A stretch of DNA of 64,000 nt from a virus (Duplodnaviria > Heunggongvirae > Uroviricota > Caudoviricetes): the IMG/VR virus record IMGVR_UViG_2974569193_000001, positions 108,702 to 172,701 of that record; one strand, 5' to 3'. The position numbers were made by a program, and so were the translations under genes. Under the pieces are notes generated by a model that saw nothing but the letters and a program-made list of their open reading frames with translations, searched no databases and was not told the DNA's origin. This document shows, piece after piece, positions 1 through 8,305 of the stretch; the stretch's first letter is position 1, and each line of letters begins with the position of its first letter.

Positions 1-151
1 TGAGCGAGTGCCAGCCCTTGCCGTTGCCTTCGCCCTGCTGGTCGGCGATGTAGAACTGCATCGCCAGCGTCTCGATCGCGGCCTGCTCTTGGAGGGTGAA
101 TGTCTCGCCCGGCAGGAGGGGGATGCGCGTGGCGTTCTGGAGTGCGGTCAT
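1..151 (-). CDS. hypothetical protein, 5' part only (gene runs off the left edge)
   Basis: Open minus-strand frame from ATG at 151..149 (MTALQNATRIPLLPGETFTLQEQAAIETLAMQFYIADQQGEGNGKGWHSL...) with no stop before the window edge. Its ATG overlaps the TGA of the upstream gene as ATGA. Not in the ORF track because it is truncated. Confidence 0.4.
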   Translation of the reverse strand, partial: MTALQNATRIPLLPGETFTLQEQAAIETLAMQFYIADQQGEGNGKGWHSL

Positions 152-720
152 GCGGCTTCCTTGATTTCCCGAGCGCGCTCGGTCCAGATCATCAGGTCGT
201 AGTCGGCCGGGCTCATCCCGGCGGCGTCGGCAAGGCCCAGGAAGGCCTCCTCCAGGCGGCGATAGACCTTCGGGTTGCCCGGCGTCACCTTGGGCGCTTC
301 CACCCCGTTCTGGGCCAGATGCGCGAGGATGTGGGTGTCCAGGGCCGACAGGCGTTGGTCGGCGCGCGAGTGCAGCAGGAAGAACCGGGCGGTCTTGGGG
401 CCAACCCCGTGGATGGCCTCGAACTTCTCGACCGGGTCGTGACGCAGGTCCAGGCCCCAGGCGCTCTGGGCGAAGCAGGCTTCCAGCCGGGCGTATTGGC
501 CGATGCCGAACATCTCCATGTAGGCGCGCAGCTTGTTCTCGAAGATCGCGCAGCGCAGCTTGTCGAACGGCGTGGTCCCGACCATGGCGTGGAGCATCTG
601 GTCGAGCTTGCGGGCCTGGATGTCGGCGGTCTTGCCCGCGACGATGCAGCAGAACAGCCACCACTCTTCCAGTTCCGCGTCGGTGCGGTCGAACTTGGTC
701 ACGTCACGCGGGTCGATCAT
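148..720 (-). CDS. HhH-GPD superfamily DNA glycosylase-like base-excision repair protein
   Basis: 190 aa. Helix-hairpin-helix motif HGVGPKTARFFLLHS with a downstream Asp, typical of endonuclease III / OGG-type glycosylases. The antisense ORF 100..1017 is a GC artefact. Confidence 0.55.
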   Translation of the reverse strand: MIDPRDVTKFDRTDAELEEWWLFCCIVAGKTADIQARKLDQMLHAMVGTTPFDKLRCAIFENKLRAYMEMFGIGQYARLEACFAQSAWGLDLRHDPVEKFEAIHGVGPKTARFFLLHSRADQRLSALDTHILAHLAQNGVEAPKVTPGNPKVYRRLEEAFLGLADAAGMSPADYDLMIWTERAREIKEAA

Positions 721-723
721 GGG

Positions 724-1179
724 TCACTTCTTGTACTTTTTGGCGTGCTGGCGGCCTTTCCAGGACACCTTATAGCCGCCGATCTTGCGCCAGCCGCCGC
801 AACAGGGCGAGCCGCAGTCGCAACGTTCGTGCGCCTCCTCGACCAAGCCGCGCTGGTGGAGGTTGTGCATGTGCGAGCCCTTGAACGGCGTGGGCGCTGG
901 CCTGACCTTGTCGTCCGCCGCCATCTCGATCAGCAGCCACTTTGGACCGTCGATCTCGCACTGGCGACAGATGTGCTCGTCCTCGGCGGCGAACATCGCT
1001 TCGGTCTCGGCCTGTGAGCGCACGAGAGCGGAGAACTGCTCGTCCGTGTACGCGCCACTGATGTAGCGCTCGACGACGACCTCCCGCTTCAGCGTCCGGC
1101 CGCAGGTCTTGCAGGCGCAGGTGTAGCCCACCTTGGCCGTGAAGCGATCGACGTCGTCGTGGACAGCGTAACCGGCCAT
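724..1179 (-). CDS. Cys/His-rich zinc-ribbon protein
   Basis: Real start is at residue 157 of ORF 724..1647 (MAGYAVHDD...), immediately after the TAG of the upstream gene. CxxC...CxxC clusters and an HMHNLHQRG...HERCDCGSPCCGG stretch. The R/P-rich N-terminal 156 aa of the tracked ORF overlap gene 1182..1631 in another frame and are rejected. Confidence 0.5.
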   Translation of the reverse strand: MAGYAVHDDVDRFTAKVGYTCACKTCGRTLKREVVVERYISGAYTDEQFSALVRSQAETEAMFAAEDEHICRQCEIDGPKWLLIEMAADDKVRPAPTPFKGSHMHNLHQRGLVEEAHERCDCGSPCCGGWRKIGGYKVSWKGRQHAKKYKK

Positions 1180-1181
1180 GG

Positions 1182-1631
1182 CTAGAGGTGGGGCGCCAGT
1201 TCGCGTTCCAGGCGGTCGAGTTCGCCGCGCTTGTGGAGTTCGGAGACGCGATGCAGGGCGATGATCTTCTGCTCGATGTAGGTCATGGTCGCCGGCGCCC
1301 GCGTGGGCAGTTCCGACAGGCCCGTGCCGATCCCGTCGGACGGGTAGACCACGATGCCGCCCTTCTTGACGTGCTCGAACAACGGACGGAAATCCTCGTC
1401 GATCGTCCGGCACTGGGCGTCGGTGGCGATCGGATCGTCGCCGAAGAAGTCGGTGGCGTGCATGCCCGGCGTGCGCTTGGTCGCCACGCCGATGGCGTTT
1501 GGCTCGCCACGCATGTGGCCGGCCTGCCCGCCCATCCCCTGGCGGATCATGTTGTCGCCGAAGACGTAGAGGACGTCGGGGTTGCGGCGCAGGTCTTCGC
1601 GGAAAATGCGGTGCTGGTAGATGACGGGCAT
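1182..1631 (-). CDS. conserved hypothetical Rossmann-like protein (VYVFGDN / GMGGQAG glycine loop)
   Basis: 149 aa, clean ORF tightly coupled to 724..1179. Glycine-rich loop after a hydrophobic strand suggests a nucleotide-binding SLOG/Rossmann-like fold. Family not confidently recognised. Confidence 0.55.
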   Translation of the reverse strand: MPVIYQHRIFREDLRRNPDVLYVFGDNMIRQGMGGQAGHMRGEPNAIGVATKRTPGMHATDFFGDDPIATDAQCRTIDEDFRPLFEHVKKGGIVVYPSDGIGTGLSELPTRAPATMTYIEQKIIALHRVSELHKRGELDRLERELAPHL

Positions 1632-1692
1632 GGAAGCGATCCTTCAAGGTGGAAGAGGGGCCGGCGGGCCGGCCCTCGGGTTGCAGGGTGGA

Positions 1693-3252
1693 CTAGGCGC
1701 CGTGGGTGGCGACGTAGGCCTTGGCGTAGGCTTCGCGGTAGACGTCCTCGTAGGTGACGCCGGCGTCGTTCTCGCCCAGGTCCTCGAACGTCTCGAAGGC
1801 GCCGCCGCGCGAGGGCACGAGATTGAAGCCGTCGGTGTCGCCCTGGGCGTCCTGGCGGCCGTCATAGTCGCCGGCCAGCTTGGCGAAGGTGGTGTGATTG
1901 GCGTTCACCACCGCATCGAAGGCGTCGTCGTAGATCGTCGTGAAGTCGCCCGACGCGTCGATCTCCGATTCGTCGATCACGTCGCGGCGCTCGCCGTCGG
2001 TCGAGTTGTCGATCAGATCGATGATCGCATCGATCTTCTTGTCCTCGTCGCTGTTGGCGAGGATGTCGGCGATGAACTTCTCGGCGTCCTCCGTGCCCCA
2101 GGACTTGGCCATGGTCTCGGCCAGATCACGATCGTTGGCGGCGAAGCCGTTGGCGTCGTAGACCGGGCTCTCGGCGGTCGTGTCGTCCTTGGCGTCGTCT
2201 TCAGCGGCGGCCGAGAAACCCACGCCATAGCCGGACACATAGCCCTCCGAGTACGCCTGCCGGGCCGAGTCGGGGCCGTCGGTGAGTTCGCCCGGCAGAT
2301 CGAAAGACGCGTCGTACTCGTAGCCGTTGTCGAGGTCGGCCGCGCCCGCCTTCAGGCCGGCGTCGTGACCGATCTTGGCCCAGTCGACCACCGCTTCGGG
2401 AGCCTCGGTGGTGATCACGCCGTCCGCCGCCGTGGCGTCGGTCTCGATCTCGGGGTCCTGCTCAGGCGGGGTGTTGGCCTTCTCTTCGGCGTAGCGGCGC
2501 TCGACCGCCGACTGGAAGTAGTTGACCGCGTCGGCCTCGGGGATTTCGCCCAGGACCTTCATCTCGCAGCAGCGCAGCTTGGTGAGGTTGTAGTCGGTCG
2601 GGATCGCCGTGACGTCCTTGGGGTTGATCTCGACGATGATGATCTTGCCCCGGCCGCCGTGGAACGACTGGAGATAGTCGAACGAGCAGGCGTGCAGACC
2701 GCGCGAGCAGGTCTGGTTGCGATTGGGATCGCACTTGTCGCGGTCCATCGAGACCGTGCTGCCGATCTTGTACTCGACGGTGTGCGAGTGCAGGTCGAAG
2801 TAGTCTTCGCCCACGCGCTTGAAGGCGTGGAACATGCCGTCCGGGGTCAGCGGGTTGCGGCCCTTCTCCAGGAAGGCGTAGAGATCGGCGGCGATCGACT
2901 TGTCGGGGTTGAGGTCGACGTTGGCGATGAAGTTGGTCAGCGGCTCCATGTCGAAGCCTTCCGCCAGCACGCGCTTGAAGGTGCCGGCCGCCACGTAGTC
3001 GACGACCTTGCCGTCCAGGCGCAGGCGGTCGCGGTCGTCCAGGATGACGCGGCCGAACGAGTGGGCCGCCACATAGGCCGCCACGTCGGCGATCAGCCGG
3101 ATTTCGTCGATGTCCTGCGGGACCTTCTTGACGGCTTCCTCCAGCTTCTTGCCCTGCGACGAGCCGCGCGGGAAGGAGCGGTAGCGCCCGTCCAGGGTAA
3201 TCGAGATCGCGTCGACGGTGATCGTCACGGCGACCTTCGCTTGGGTAGTCAT
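1693..3252 (-). CDS. rIIB: rIIB-like protein (assigned by position)
   Basis: 519 aa directly downstream of rIIA on the same strand, the canonical rIIA-rIIB arrangement. Acidic D/E-rich C-terminal half. Assignment is positional, not motif-based. Confidence 0.45.
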   Translation of the reverse strand: MTTQAKVAVTITVDAISITLDGRYRSFPRGSSQGKKLEEAVKKVPQDIDEIRLIADVAAYVAAHSFGRVILDDRDRLRLDGKVVDYVAAGTFKRVLAEGFDMEPLTNFIANVDLNPDKSIAADLYAFLEKGRNPLTPDGMFHAFKRVGEDYFDLHSHTVEYKIGSTVSMDRDKCDPNRNQTCSRGLHACSFDYLQSFHGGRGKIIIVEINPKDVTAIPTDYNLTKLRCCEMKVLGEIPEADAVNYFQSAVERRYAEEKANTPPEQDPEIETDATAADGVITTEAPEAVVDWAKIGHDAGLKAGAADLDNGYEYDASFDLPGELTDGPDSARQAYSEGYVSGYGVGFSAAAEDDAKDDTTAESPVYDANGFAANDRDLAETMAKSWGTEDAEKFIADILANSDEDKKIDAIIDLIDNSTDGERRDVIDESEIDASGDFTTIYDDAFDAVVNANHTTFAKLAGDYDGRQDAQGDTDGFNLVPSRGGAFETFEDLGENDAGVTYEDVYREAYAKAYVATHGA

Positions 3253-3273
3253 GGGAGACTCCTTGCTCGCGGC

Positions 3274-5403
3274 TTAGTAGCTGCCGAACTTCAGGTTGAG
3301 AGGGATGGTGCGGATCAGGGCTTCCAGGGCCTTGGTGCAGGCGGTCACCTGCTCGGTCGAGGTCGCATGATTCATGGTGTCGAGGAACTTGCGGATCGGG
3401 TGGTTGGTGTTGGCGTTCAGCTTGGTGTGCCCGTCCTCGAACGTCTTGGTCAGTTCCGAGCGCGGCGGTGCCTTGAACTGGCCCTCCACCTCGTAGAGCG
3501 CCTTGATGAAGGAGCGCTCGCGCTCGGTCCACTCGACGAGACCGGCGTCCAGCAGCGGCTTGAGCGCGCCGAAGTAGGCCGCGACCGGCGACTTCATCCG
3601 CGTCAGGCGGTCGAAGTCGGCCGGGCACTTGCTGATCGCCCGGCTGTAGAAGCTGTAGGACGTCGACGAGGTCGAGAGCTTCTGGACGGCCACGACGCAG
3701 TCATCCAGACCGATGTTGTGCTTGGCCTTGACCGCCGCGTCGATCGCCTCGCGCATGGTCGGGACCTTGGCGTCCTCGACGTGCTTCTGAGCGGTGGGCG
3801 AGGCGATGTAGATGTTCTTGATGCCGTACTTGTTGGCGACGACGAAGACGTCCTCGGCCTTCTTGCGGTACAGGTCCGACGACACCCAGGCCACCGTGCC
3901 GGCAGGGAAGGTGTCGACGCCGGTCACCGCCATCTGCTCGCCCGCGCGCTTGGCCAGGGCCAGACCCCGGATCGGCGGCACGTAGGCGGGCGCGTCCTTG
4001 CTGACCTTGTCGCGGCGCGGGACCTCGCCCTTCAGAGTGGCCACGTCGATGTCCTCGAACTTGGCGGTCGGCAGGGCGCAGTTCCAGAAGGCCTTGTCCT
4101 TGTCGAAGCCCAGCATGAACACGCCGTCTTTCAGGCTCTTGCTCTCCAGGTAGAGGCGCAGGATGCGCGCAAGGCGCCGCGTCTCGCTCTGGGAGAATTC
4201 GCGCTTGGTTGTATCGTCGCGCGACGGGTCAAGCAGGTCGGAGATGTCGCGCAGGACAAGGAAGTGAGTGTCGGTCTTCTGGTTCAGGTCGAGCGTGTTC
4301 TCGATCCGGTAGCCCCAGCGCTCGCGGTGCTGGTCGAACGAGGCCTTGTAGAGGCAGGCCACGCCGGGGAAGGAGATCGTCGTGCCGTCCAGGCCCGTCG
4401 CCGGGTGCTTGGGACGGCTGTTGATGAACGGCGGGCGCAGCTTGTTGTGGGTCGTGAAGAACTCGGTGACCGACTCGATGTCCTTGATCTTGACCCAGAT
4501 CGCCGCCTCGACCTCCTGGCTGATGGACTCGATCGTGTCTTGCAGGACCTTGACCGCCTCGGGCTTGTACTGGATTTCTTCGCGCGACGGAATGGGCTCG
4601 ACCGTGCCCATCGGGACGGTGATCAGCCACTTGCGGCCGTTGTCGTGCGGCAGGTTCAGGCCACCTTTGGCGGCCAGCGGGTAGATGGCGCAGCCCTGGC
4701 GCACGTTCCAGGTCGCCGGCAGTGCCGAGTCCGCATAGGCGGCCCAGACGCCGTTGGCGGCTTCGAACTGCGTCGTGCCCAGCGGGGTCCCCAGGTCGAT
4801 GTTGCTGTCGTACATGGGGATGAAGCCCATGGCGACGTTCTTGACGGCGCGCTCGAAGGCGGCGAAGTCCTTGCTGTCGACCGCGACGGTGACCCGCACG
4901 CCGGCCGGCTCCGAACAGTCCTCGGTGCCCTGAAGCATGACGCGCGGCACACCGCCCTTGCCGATCGCGGCGGTGTAATGGCGCACGACGTCGCCGTCGT
5001 AGCAGGACAGGGCGAATTGGCTGGTGTAGGCGAAGGGGCTCTTGGAGCCCAGGCCGAAGGCGCCGGTGAGATCGTCGGTCTCGTCCTTGTCCGACTCGAA
5101 CAGGGTCGAGTAGAGGTGCATGACCTTGCCGTGGTCCATGCCGGGGCCGTAGTCGCGCACGTAGAATTCGGGGCGCATCTCGTTGGGGACGTGGACGAAG
5201 AAGCTGCCGGGGTAGCCGGCGACGATATGGGCGTCCTGGGCGTTCGAGCAGATTTCGCGGACCAGCGAGCCGATCTTGTCCGAATAGAGCCCGTCGATCA
5301 GCATCTTGAACGCTTTGCCGGAGGCCTTGATCCGGAACTCCTGCTCCTCCTCAACGCCAATGGTTTCGAGGAAGACCGGTTCGGTGGCAAGACGCATAGT
5401 CAA
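3274..5403 (-). CDS. rIIA: rIIA-like protector from prophage-induced early lysis
   Basis: 709 aa. N-terminal GHKL/Bergerat ATPase N-box LVREICSNAQDA as in T4 rIIA; size matches (T4 rIIA about 725 aa). Promoter and SD upstream at 5404..5467. Confidence 0.75.
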   Translation of the reverse strand: MTMRLATEPVFLETIGVEEEQEFRIKASGKAFKMLIDGLYSDKIGSLVREICSNAQDAHIVAGYPGSFFVHVPNEMRPEFYVRDYGPGMDHGKVMHLYSTLFESDKDETDDLTGAFGLGSKSPFAYTSQFALSCYDGDVVRHYTAAIGKGGVPRVMLQGTEDCSEPAGVRVTVAVDSKDFAAFERAVKNVAMGFIPMYDSNIDLGTPLGTTQFEAANGVWAAYADSALPATWNVRQGCAIYPLAAKGGLNLPHDNGRKWLITVPMGTVEPIPSREEIQYKPEAVKVLQDTIESISQEVEAAIWVKIKDIESVTEFFTTHNKLRPPFINSRPKHPATGLDGTTISFPGVACLYKASFDQHRERWGYRIENTLDLNQKTDTHFLVLRDISDLLDPSRDDTTKREFSQSETRRLARILRLYLESKSLKDGVFMLGFDKDKAFWNCALPTAKFEDIDVATLKGEVPRRDKVSKDAPAYVPPIRGLALAKRAGEQMAVTGVDTFPAGTVAWVSSDLYRKKAEDVFVVANKYGIKNIYIASPTAQKHVEDAKVPTMREAIDAAVKAKHNIGLDDCVVAVQKLSTSSTSYSFYSRAISKCPADFDRLTRMKSPVAAYFGALKPLLDAGLVEWTERERSFIKALYEVEGQFKAPPRSELTKTFEDGHTKLNANTNHPIRKFLDTMNHATSTEQVTACTKALEALIRTIPLNLKFGSY

Positions 5404-5467
5404 CTCCAGGGGTTGGGATCAGTGATGTCGCCGATCCTTCTAGCTACCGCCTCCGGTTCTGTCAACA
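5404..5467 (-). promoter_or_regulatory. cassette-type promoter and leader for rIIA
   Basis: Minus strand: GTGTTGACAG, 17 bp, TAGAAG, then a leader ending GGAGTTGACT-ATG. Confidence 0.5.
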
Positions 5468-5719
5468 CACTCGATCCGGCTTTTTGGTCGTGAATCTTGA
5501 CGTTCGCGCGCGGGTCAGGCACAATTTTCGCATGTGGTCAATCCGCAACATCACGTCCGAAGCCTCCCACTCGATTCGCACCTGCACCTCCAAGGACTAC
5601 CCGTGGCCTGAGCGGGGGTCGGAGGGCTGCATTTGCCGCGAACCGGGCGCGCGCCGCGACCGGGACTTCATGTTGCTGGTCGATCGCCATGGCGAGATTC
5701 AATGGTACGCGAGGACGAC

Positions 5720-6127
5720 ATGCCCGATCCACGGCCCGAAGATCACGACGGTGGACGTCGCAACAAAATCCACGACCTGATCGTCGGTGACCCGCGCGAG
5801 GACCCGCGCTACAACCGCAAGCTCAGCAACCGCGACAAGACCGCCTTCCTCTGCGGGGTCCTGCGCCATCCGCCCCAGGCGTTCGACCTGGACCTGCCGT
5901 TCCCGGTCGAGGACTGGGTTGCCTCGGACGACAACTCCCTGATCGTGGCCGGCCTCTACCTGTCGGACCTGCGGCTCCAGTTCTACGACGCCCTGGAAGT
6001 CAAGCCCGAGGACGAGCACGGCTTCGTGCGCCAGGGCGAGGCCGAGTTCTGGCACCATGCCTTCAACGTCATGGTCGAGCGCCGCAGCCACGGCGTGCTG
6101 GTCTCCGACGGGCGCGTGCTCAATTGA
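5720..6127 (+). CDS. hypothetical protein
   Basis: ORF 5633..6127 trimmed to the ATG at 5720 (MPDPRPEDHDGG...). The R/P-rich upstream 29 aa are unlikely to be coding. Start is uncertain (alternatives at 5633 and 5702). Confidence 0.45.
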   Translation: MPDPRPEDHDGGRRNKIHDLIVGDPREDPRYNRKLSNRDKTAFLCGVLRHPPQAFDLDLPFPVEDWVASDDNSLIVAGLYLSDLRLQFYDALEVKPEDEHGFVRQGEAEFWHHAFNVMVERRSHGVLVSDGRVLN

Positions 6128-6495
6128 CCCTGCTCTATGACGGCGCCCTGGAAGGCAACTGCGTCGGCCGCTTCGTGCGCGCCGGCCAGACCTTCGACGT
6201 CATTCGCCCCGGCTACGACGCCCAGGGCGTCAAGCGCCAGACCTGGACCCAGATCATCCATGAGGGTGTGCCGGTCTTCGAGGTCAAGGTCCGCACCGAC
6301 CTCGACAACGTGATCGACCGCTTCGACACGCTCTGGGAGCGCCACATCGGCGATGACGCCGACTTCCTGGCCCGCGCCCTGGCCTCGGTCAAGCGCGAGC
6401 GGACCTCCAAGTTCCGCGACGGCAAGTCCGGCGTCGCCCCGGCCCCGACCCTGGTCCACGACGATCATCCCTACCCGCCGCACTATGTCGCATAA
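6124..6495 (+). CDS. hypothetical protein
   Basis: 123 aa. TTG start overlaps the upstream TGA as TTGA, implying translational coupling. Confidence 0.5.
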   Translation: MTLLYDGALEGNCVGRFVRAGQTFDVIRPGYDAQGVKRQTWTQIIHEGVPVFEVKVRTDLDNVIDRFDTLWERHIGDDADFLARALASVKRERTSKFRDGKSGVAPAPTLVHDDHPYPPHYVA

Positions 6496-6509
6496 TGTTG
6501 GCGCGAGAC

Positions 6510-6569
6510 TGTTGACACCTCTGATTTTGTGACATAGAAGCCTCCTCGACGACAACGAAGGAGGCTTTC
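6510..6569 (+). promoter_or_regulatory. canonical cassette promoter and leader for the recombinase gene
   Basis: CTGTTGACAC (6512-6517), 17 bp, TAGAAG (6535-6540), CCTCCT-CGACGACAAC-GA-AGGAGG, then CTTTC-ATG. Confidence 0.6.
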
Positions 6570-7196
6570 ATGCCCAAGCGGATCAAAGGCAAGCGCATCG
6601 CCCTGCACCAAGCCAAGGTGCTGGACGCCCAAGAGTTCCAGATGGTTCTCGACCGCGCCGAGCAGGGGGACAACCCGCTGCGCGACCGCGTGCTCTTCAA
6701 GCTCTCTTTCTATTGCGGCATGCGTGTCGCCGAGATCGCCGGCATGGAGTGGCGCAAGCACCTCCTCGACGCCAGCGGCCGGCTGCGTCCCGCCCTCCAC
6801 GTCACCCACGACATCGGCAAGAACGCCGTCGCCCGCCACGTCCCGATCGAGGCGTCGCTGGCGGCTGACCTGCGCGCCCTGCGCAAGGAACGCCCCAACG
6901 ACCGCTTCGTTATCTACCCGCTGCGCGCCTCGATGCGCGGTGGTCCCGAGAAGACCGACGCCAACACCCTGGCCCAGTATATGCGCCGCCTCTATCGTGA
7001 GGTCGGCCTGGACGGGGCCTCGTCGCACTCGGGTCGCCGCACCTTCATCACCGATCTGGCGCGCAAGGCGAACATGGCCGATTGCTCGCTCCGGGACATC
7101 CAGGAGATGGTTGGTCACCGGCGGATCGAAACGACCGGGACCTATATCGAGACGAGCCCCCGCCAGGACCGGCTCGTCAACATGGTCCTGCGATAG
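6570..7196 (+). CDS. tyrosine recombinase, phage-integrase family, catalytic domain only
   Basis: 208 aa. [14 protein letters not shown] ... [14 protein letters not shown] carries the R..HxxR..H..Y catalytic signature. There is no N-terminal arm-binding or core-binding domain. Preceded by a canonical cassette promoter, with SD AGGAGG. Confidence 0.8.
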   Translation: MPKRIKGKRIALHQAKVLDAQEFQMVLDRAEQGDNPLRDRVLFKLSFYCGMRVAEIAGMEWRKHLLDASGRLRPALHVTHDIGKNAVARHVPIEASLAADLRALRKERPNDRFVIYPLRASMRGGPEKTDANTLAQYMRRLYREVGLDGASSHSGRRTFITDLARKANMADCSLRDIQEMVGHRRIETTGTYIETSPRQDRLVNMVLR

Positions 7197-7205
7197 GGGG
7201 CGGCG

Positions 7206-7613
7206 ATGACCTTCATCTGCACCGAACTGGACAACGCCACCCCCGTCGATCTGGACGCGGCCGAAGCCCTGCTCGCGCCGCGCGCCCGGCCCAACTTCGC
7301 CAAGGCCAAGGGCATCTGCCGTGAGTGCGGCGCGCCCAAGAACGAGCGCCGCCTGGGCGCAGACTTCTGCTCGGCCCGCTGCCGCTCGGACTTCCACAAC
7401 CGGGCCAAGATGGAGGGCGCCTCGATCGTCCACATCATCAAGCGCTGGCGCCGTTACCGCCGGCCCGGCGACTTCGCCCTGATGACCAAGATGGCCGACG
7501 ACCTGATCCGCATGGACAAGGCGCTCAACCGCAATTTCTACCCCGATCCGCCGACCACCGCCCACGCCAAGGTCGTCGCCACCAACATCGCCGGCCGCCG
7601 CCGGCGCGCCTGA
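7206..7613 (+). CDS. hypothetical protein (CxxC motif)
   Basis: 135 aa; SD AGGGGG upstream; CRECGAP...CSARCRSDFH Cys cluster. Confidence 0.5.
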   Translation: MTFICTELDNATPVDLDAAEALLAPRARPNFAKAKGICRECGAPKNERRLGADFCSARCRSDFHNRAKMEGASIVHIIKRWRRYRRPGDFALMTKMADDLIRMDKALNRNFYPDPPTTAHAKVVATNIAGRRRRA

Positions 7614-7627
7614 AGAAGGAGTACAGC

Positions 7628-7882
7628 TTGAACCCACCCACCGAAAAGCCCGTCTACGCCATCGAGAGCGGGGGCTATCTGTTCGAGGTCCATCGGGCGC
7701 CGGACGATCACCCCCGCGCCTATCTGGGCTACTGCGACGGCGAACTGAGCGCCAGCGGCGACAGCGTCGGCGTGCTGCTGCGCGTCCTGGCCCGCAAGCA
7801 CGCGGCGCCCAAGCGCACGGCTCAGGTCATCGATTTCACCGCCGAAAAGCTCAAGCGCCTGCGCGCGGTGGTGGCGGCCTGA
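7628..7882 (+). CDS. hypothetical protein
   Basis: C-terminal 84 aa of ORF 7325..7882, which look protein-like, read from a TTG start preceded by GAAGGAG. The P/R/L-rich upstream part is rejected. Confidence 0.4.
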   Translation: MNPPTEKPVYAIESGGYLFEVHRAPDDHPRAYLGYCDGELSASGDSVGVLLRVLARKHAAPKRTAQVIDFTAEKLKRLRAVVAA

Positions 7883-8238
7883 TGGCGTCCGAAATAGAAG
7901 AGCGCCTGGACCCGAAACTGCTGGCTCCGCTGATCTACCGCTACTTCTACAATGGCCCCGTCGGCGGTGCGGCCCAACGGCTGGCGCGGATCATCCGCAA
8001 CCATGCCATGGGCTTGCCGATCATGACCTTCGACGAGGTGTTCGCCGAGTATCTCGCCGACCGCTTTGGCCTCGACGAGGACGCCATCGCCGCCGAGCGC
8101 GCCGTCTTCTGGAAGGCGATGAACGGCATGGGCGAGCCGGACCCGATCGACCGCTTTTACCGCTACGCCCAGGCCAAGGAACTCCTCGACTGCGTCAAGG
8201 TGACCCTCGAAAAACGTCGTCCGCAACAACTGTCATGA
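7882..8238 (+). CDS. hypothetical protein
   Basis: 118 aa; ATG overlaps the upstream TGA as ATGA. Confidence 0.55.
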   Translation: MASEIEERLDPKLLAPLIYRYFYNGPVGGAAQRLARIIRNHAMGLPIMTFDEVFAEYLADRFGLDEDAIAAERAVFWKAMNGMGEPDPIDRFYRYAQAKELLDCVKVTLEKRRPQQLS

Positions 8239-8239
8239 A

Positions 8240-8305
8240 TCTTGACACCTGTCGGGAAAGGAGGCTAGATGACCCCCGCCTTTCACCCCCGTCCCGACAG
8301 GCTTC
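8240..8305 (+). promoter_or_regulatory. promoter region for the replicase gene, with a 10-bp inverted repeat and an SD-led mini-ORF
   Basis: TTGACA at about 8242, 17 bp, CTAGAT. Perfect inverted repeat CCTGTCGGGA (8248-8257) / TCCCGACAGG (8292-8301). AAAGGAGG-CTAG-ATG (8269) opens a 17-codon ORF overlapping the replicase ATG at 8306. Confidence 0.45.

Noticed and set aside
1621-5493. 1290-aa plus-strand ORF, and similar long ORFs antisense to real genes (100..1017, 8195..11917, 15796..17841, 19623..20852, 21558..22970, 22930..24549, 29671..31056, 38719..40095, 52699..54174, 60435..61637)
   Set aside because: They lie opposite well-supported genes (rIIA/rIIB, replicase, ligase, NadV/NatV, RtcB and others). 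Their translations are low-complexity and A/G/R/V/D-rich with no motifs, as expected for stop-codon-poor antisense frames at 65% GC.
5484-5780. 98-aa ORF in the rII divergent region
   Set aside because: R/S/T-rich with no start context and it overlaps the likely leader and promoter region. It is treated as non-coding, possibly a structured leader.
6495-7210. Integrase as evidence of a prophage end or att site
   Set aside because: No direct repeats, tRNA or composition shift flank it. Phage-type genes continue on both sides with the same promoter cassette, so it is embedded in the phage genome rather than marking an integration junction.
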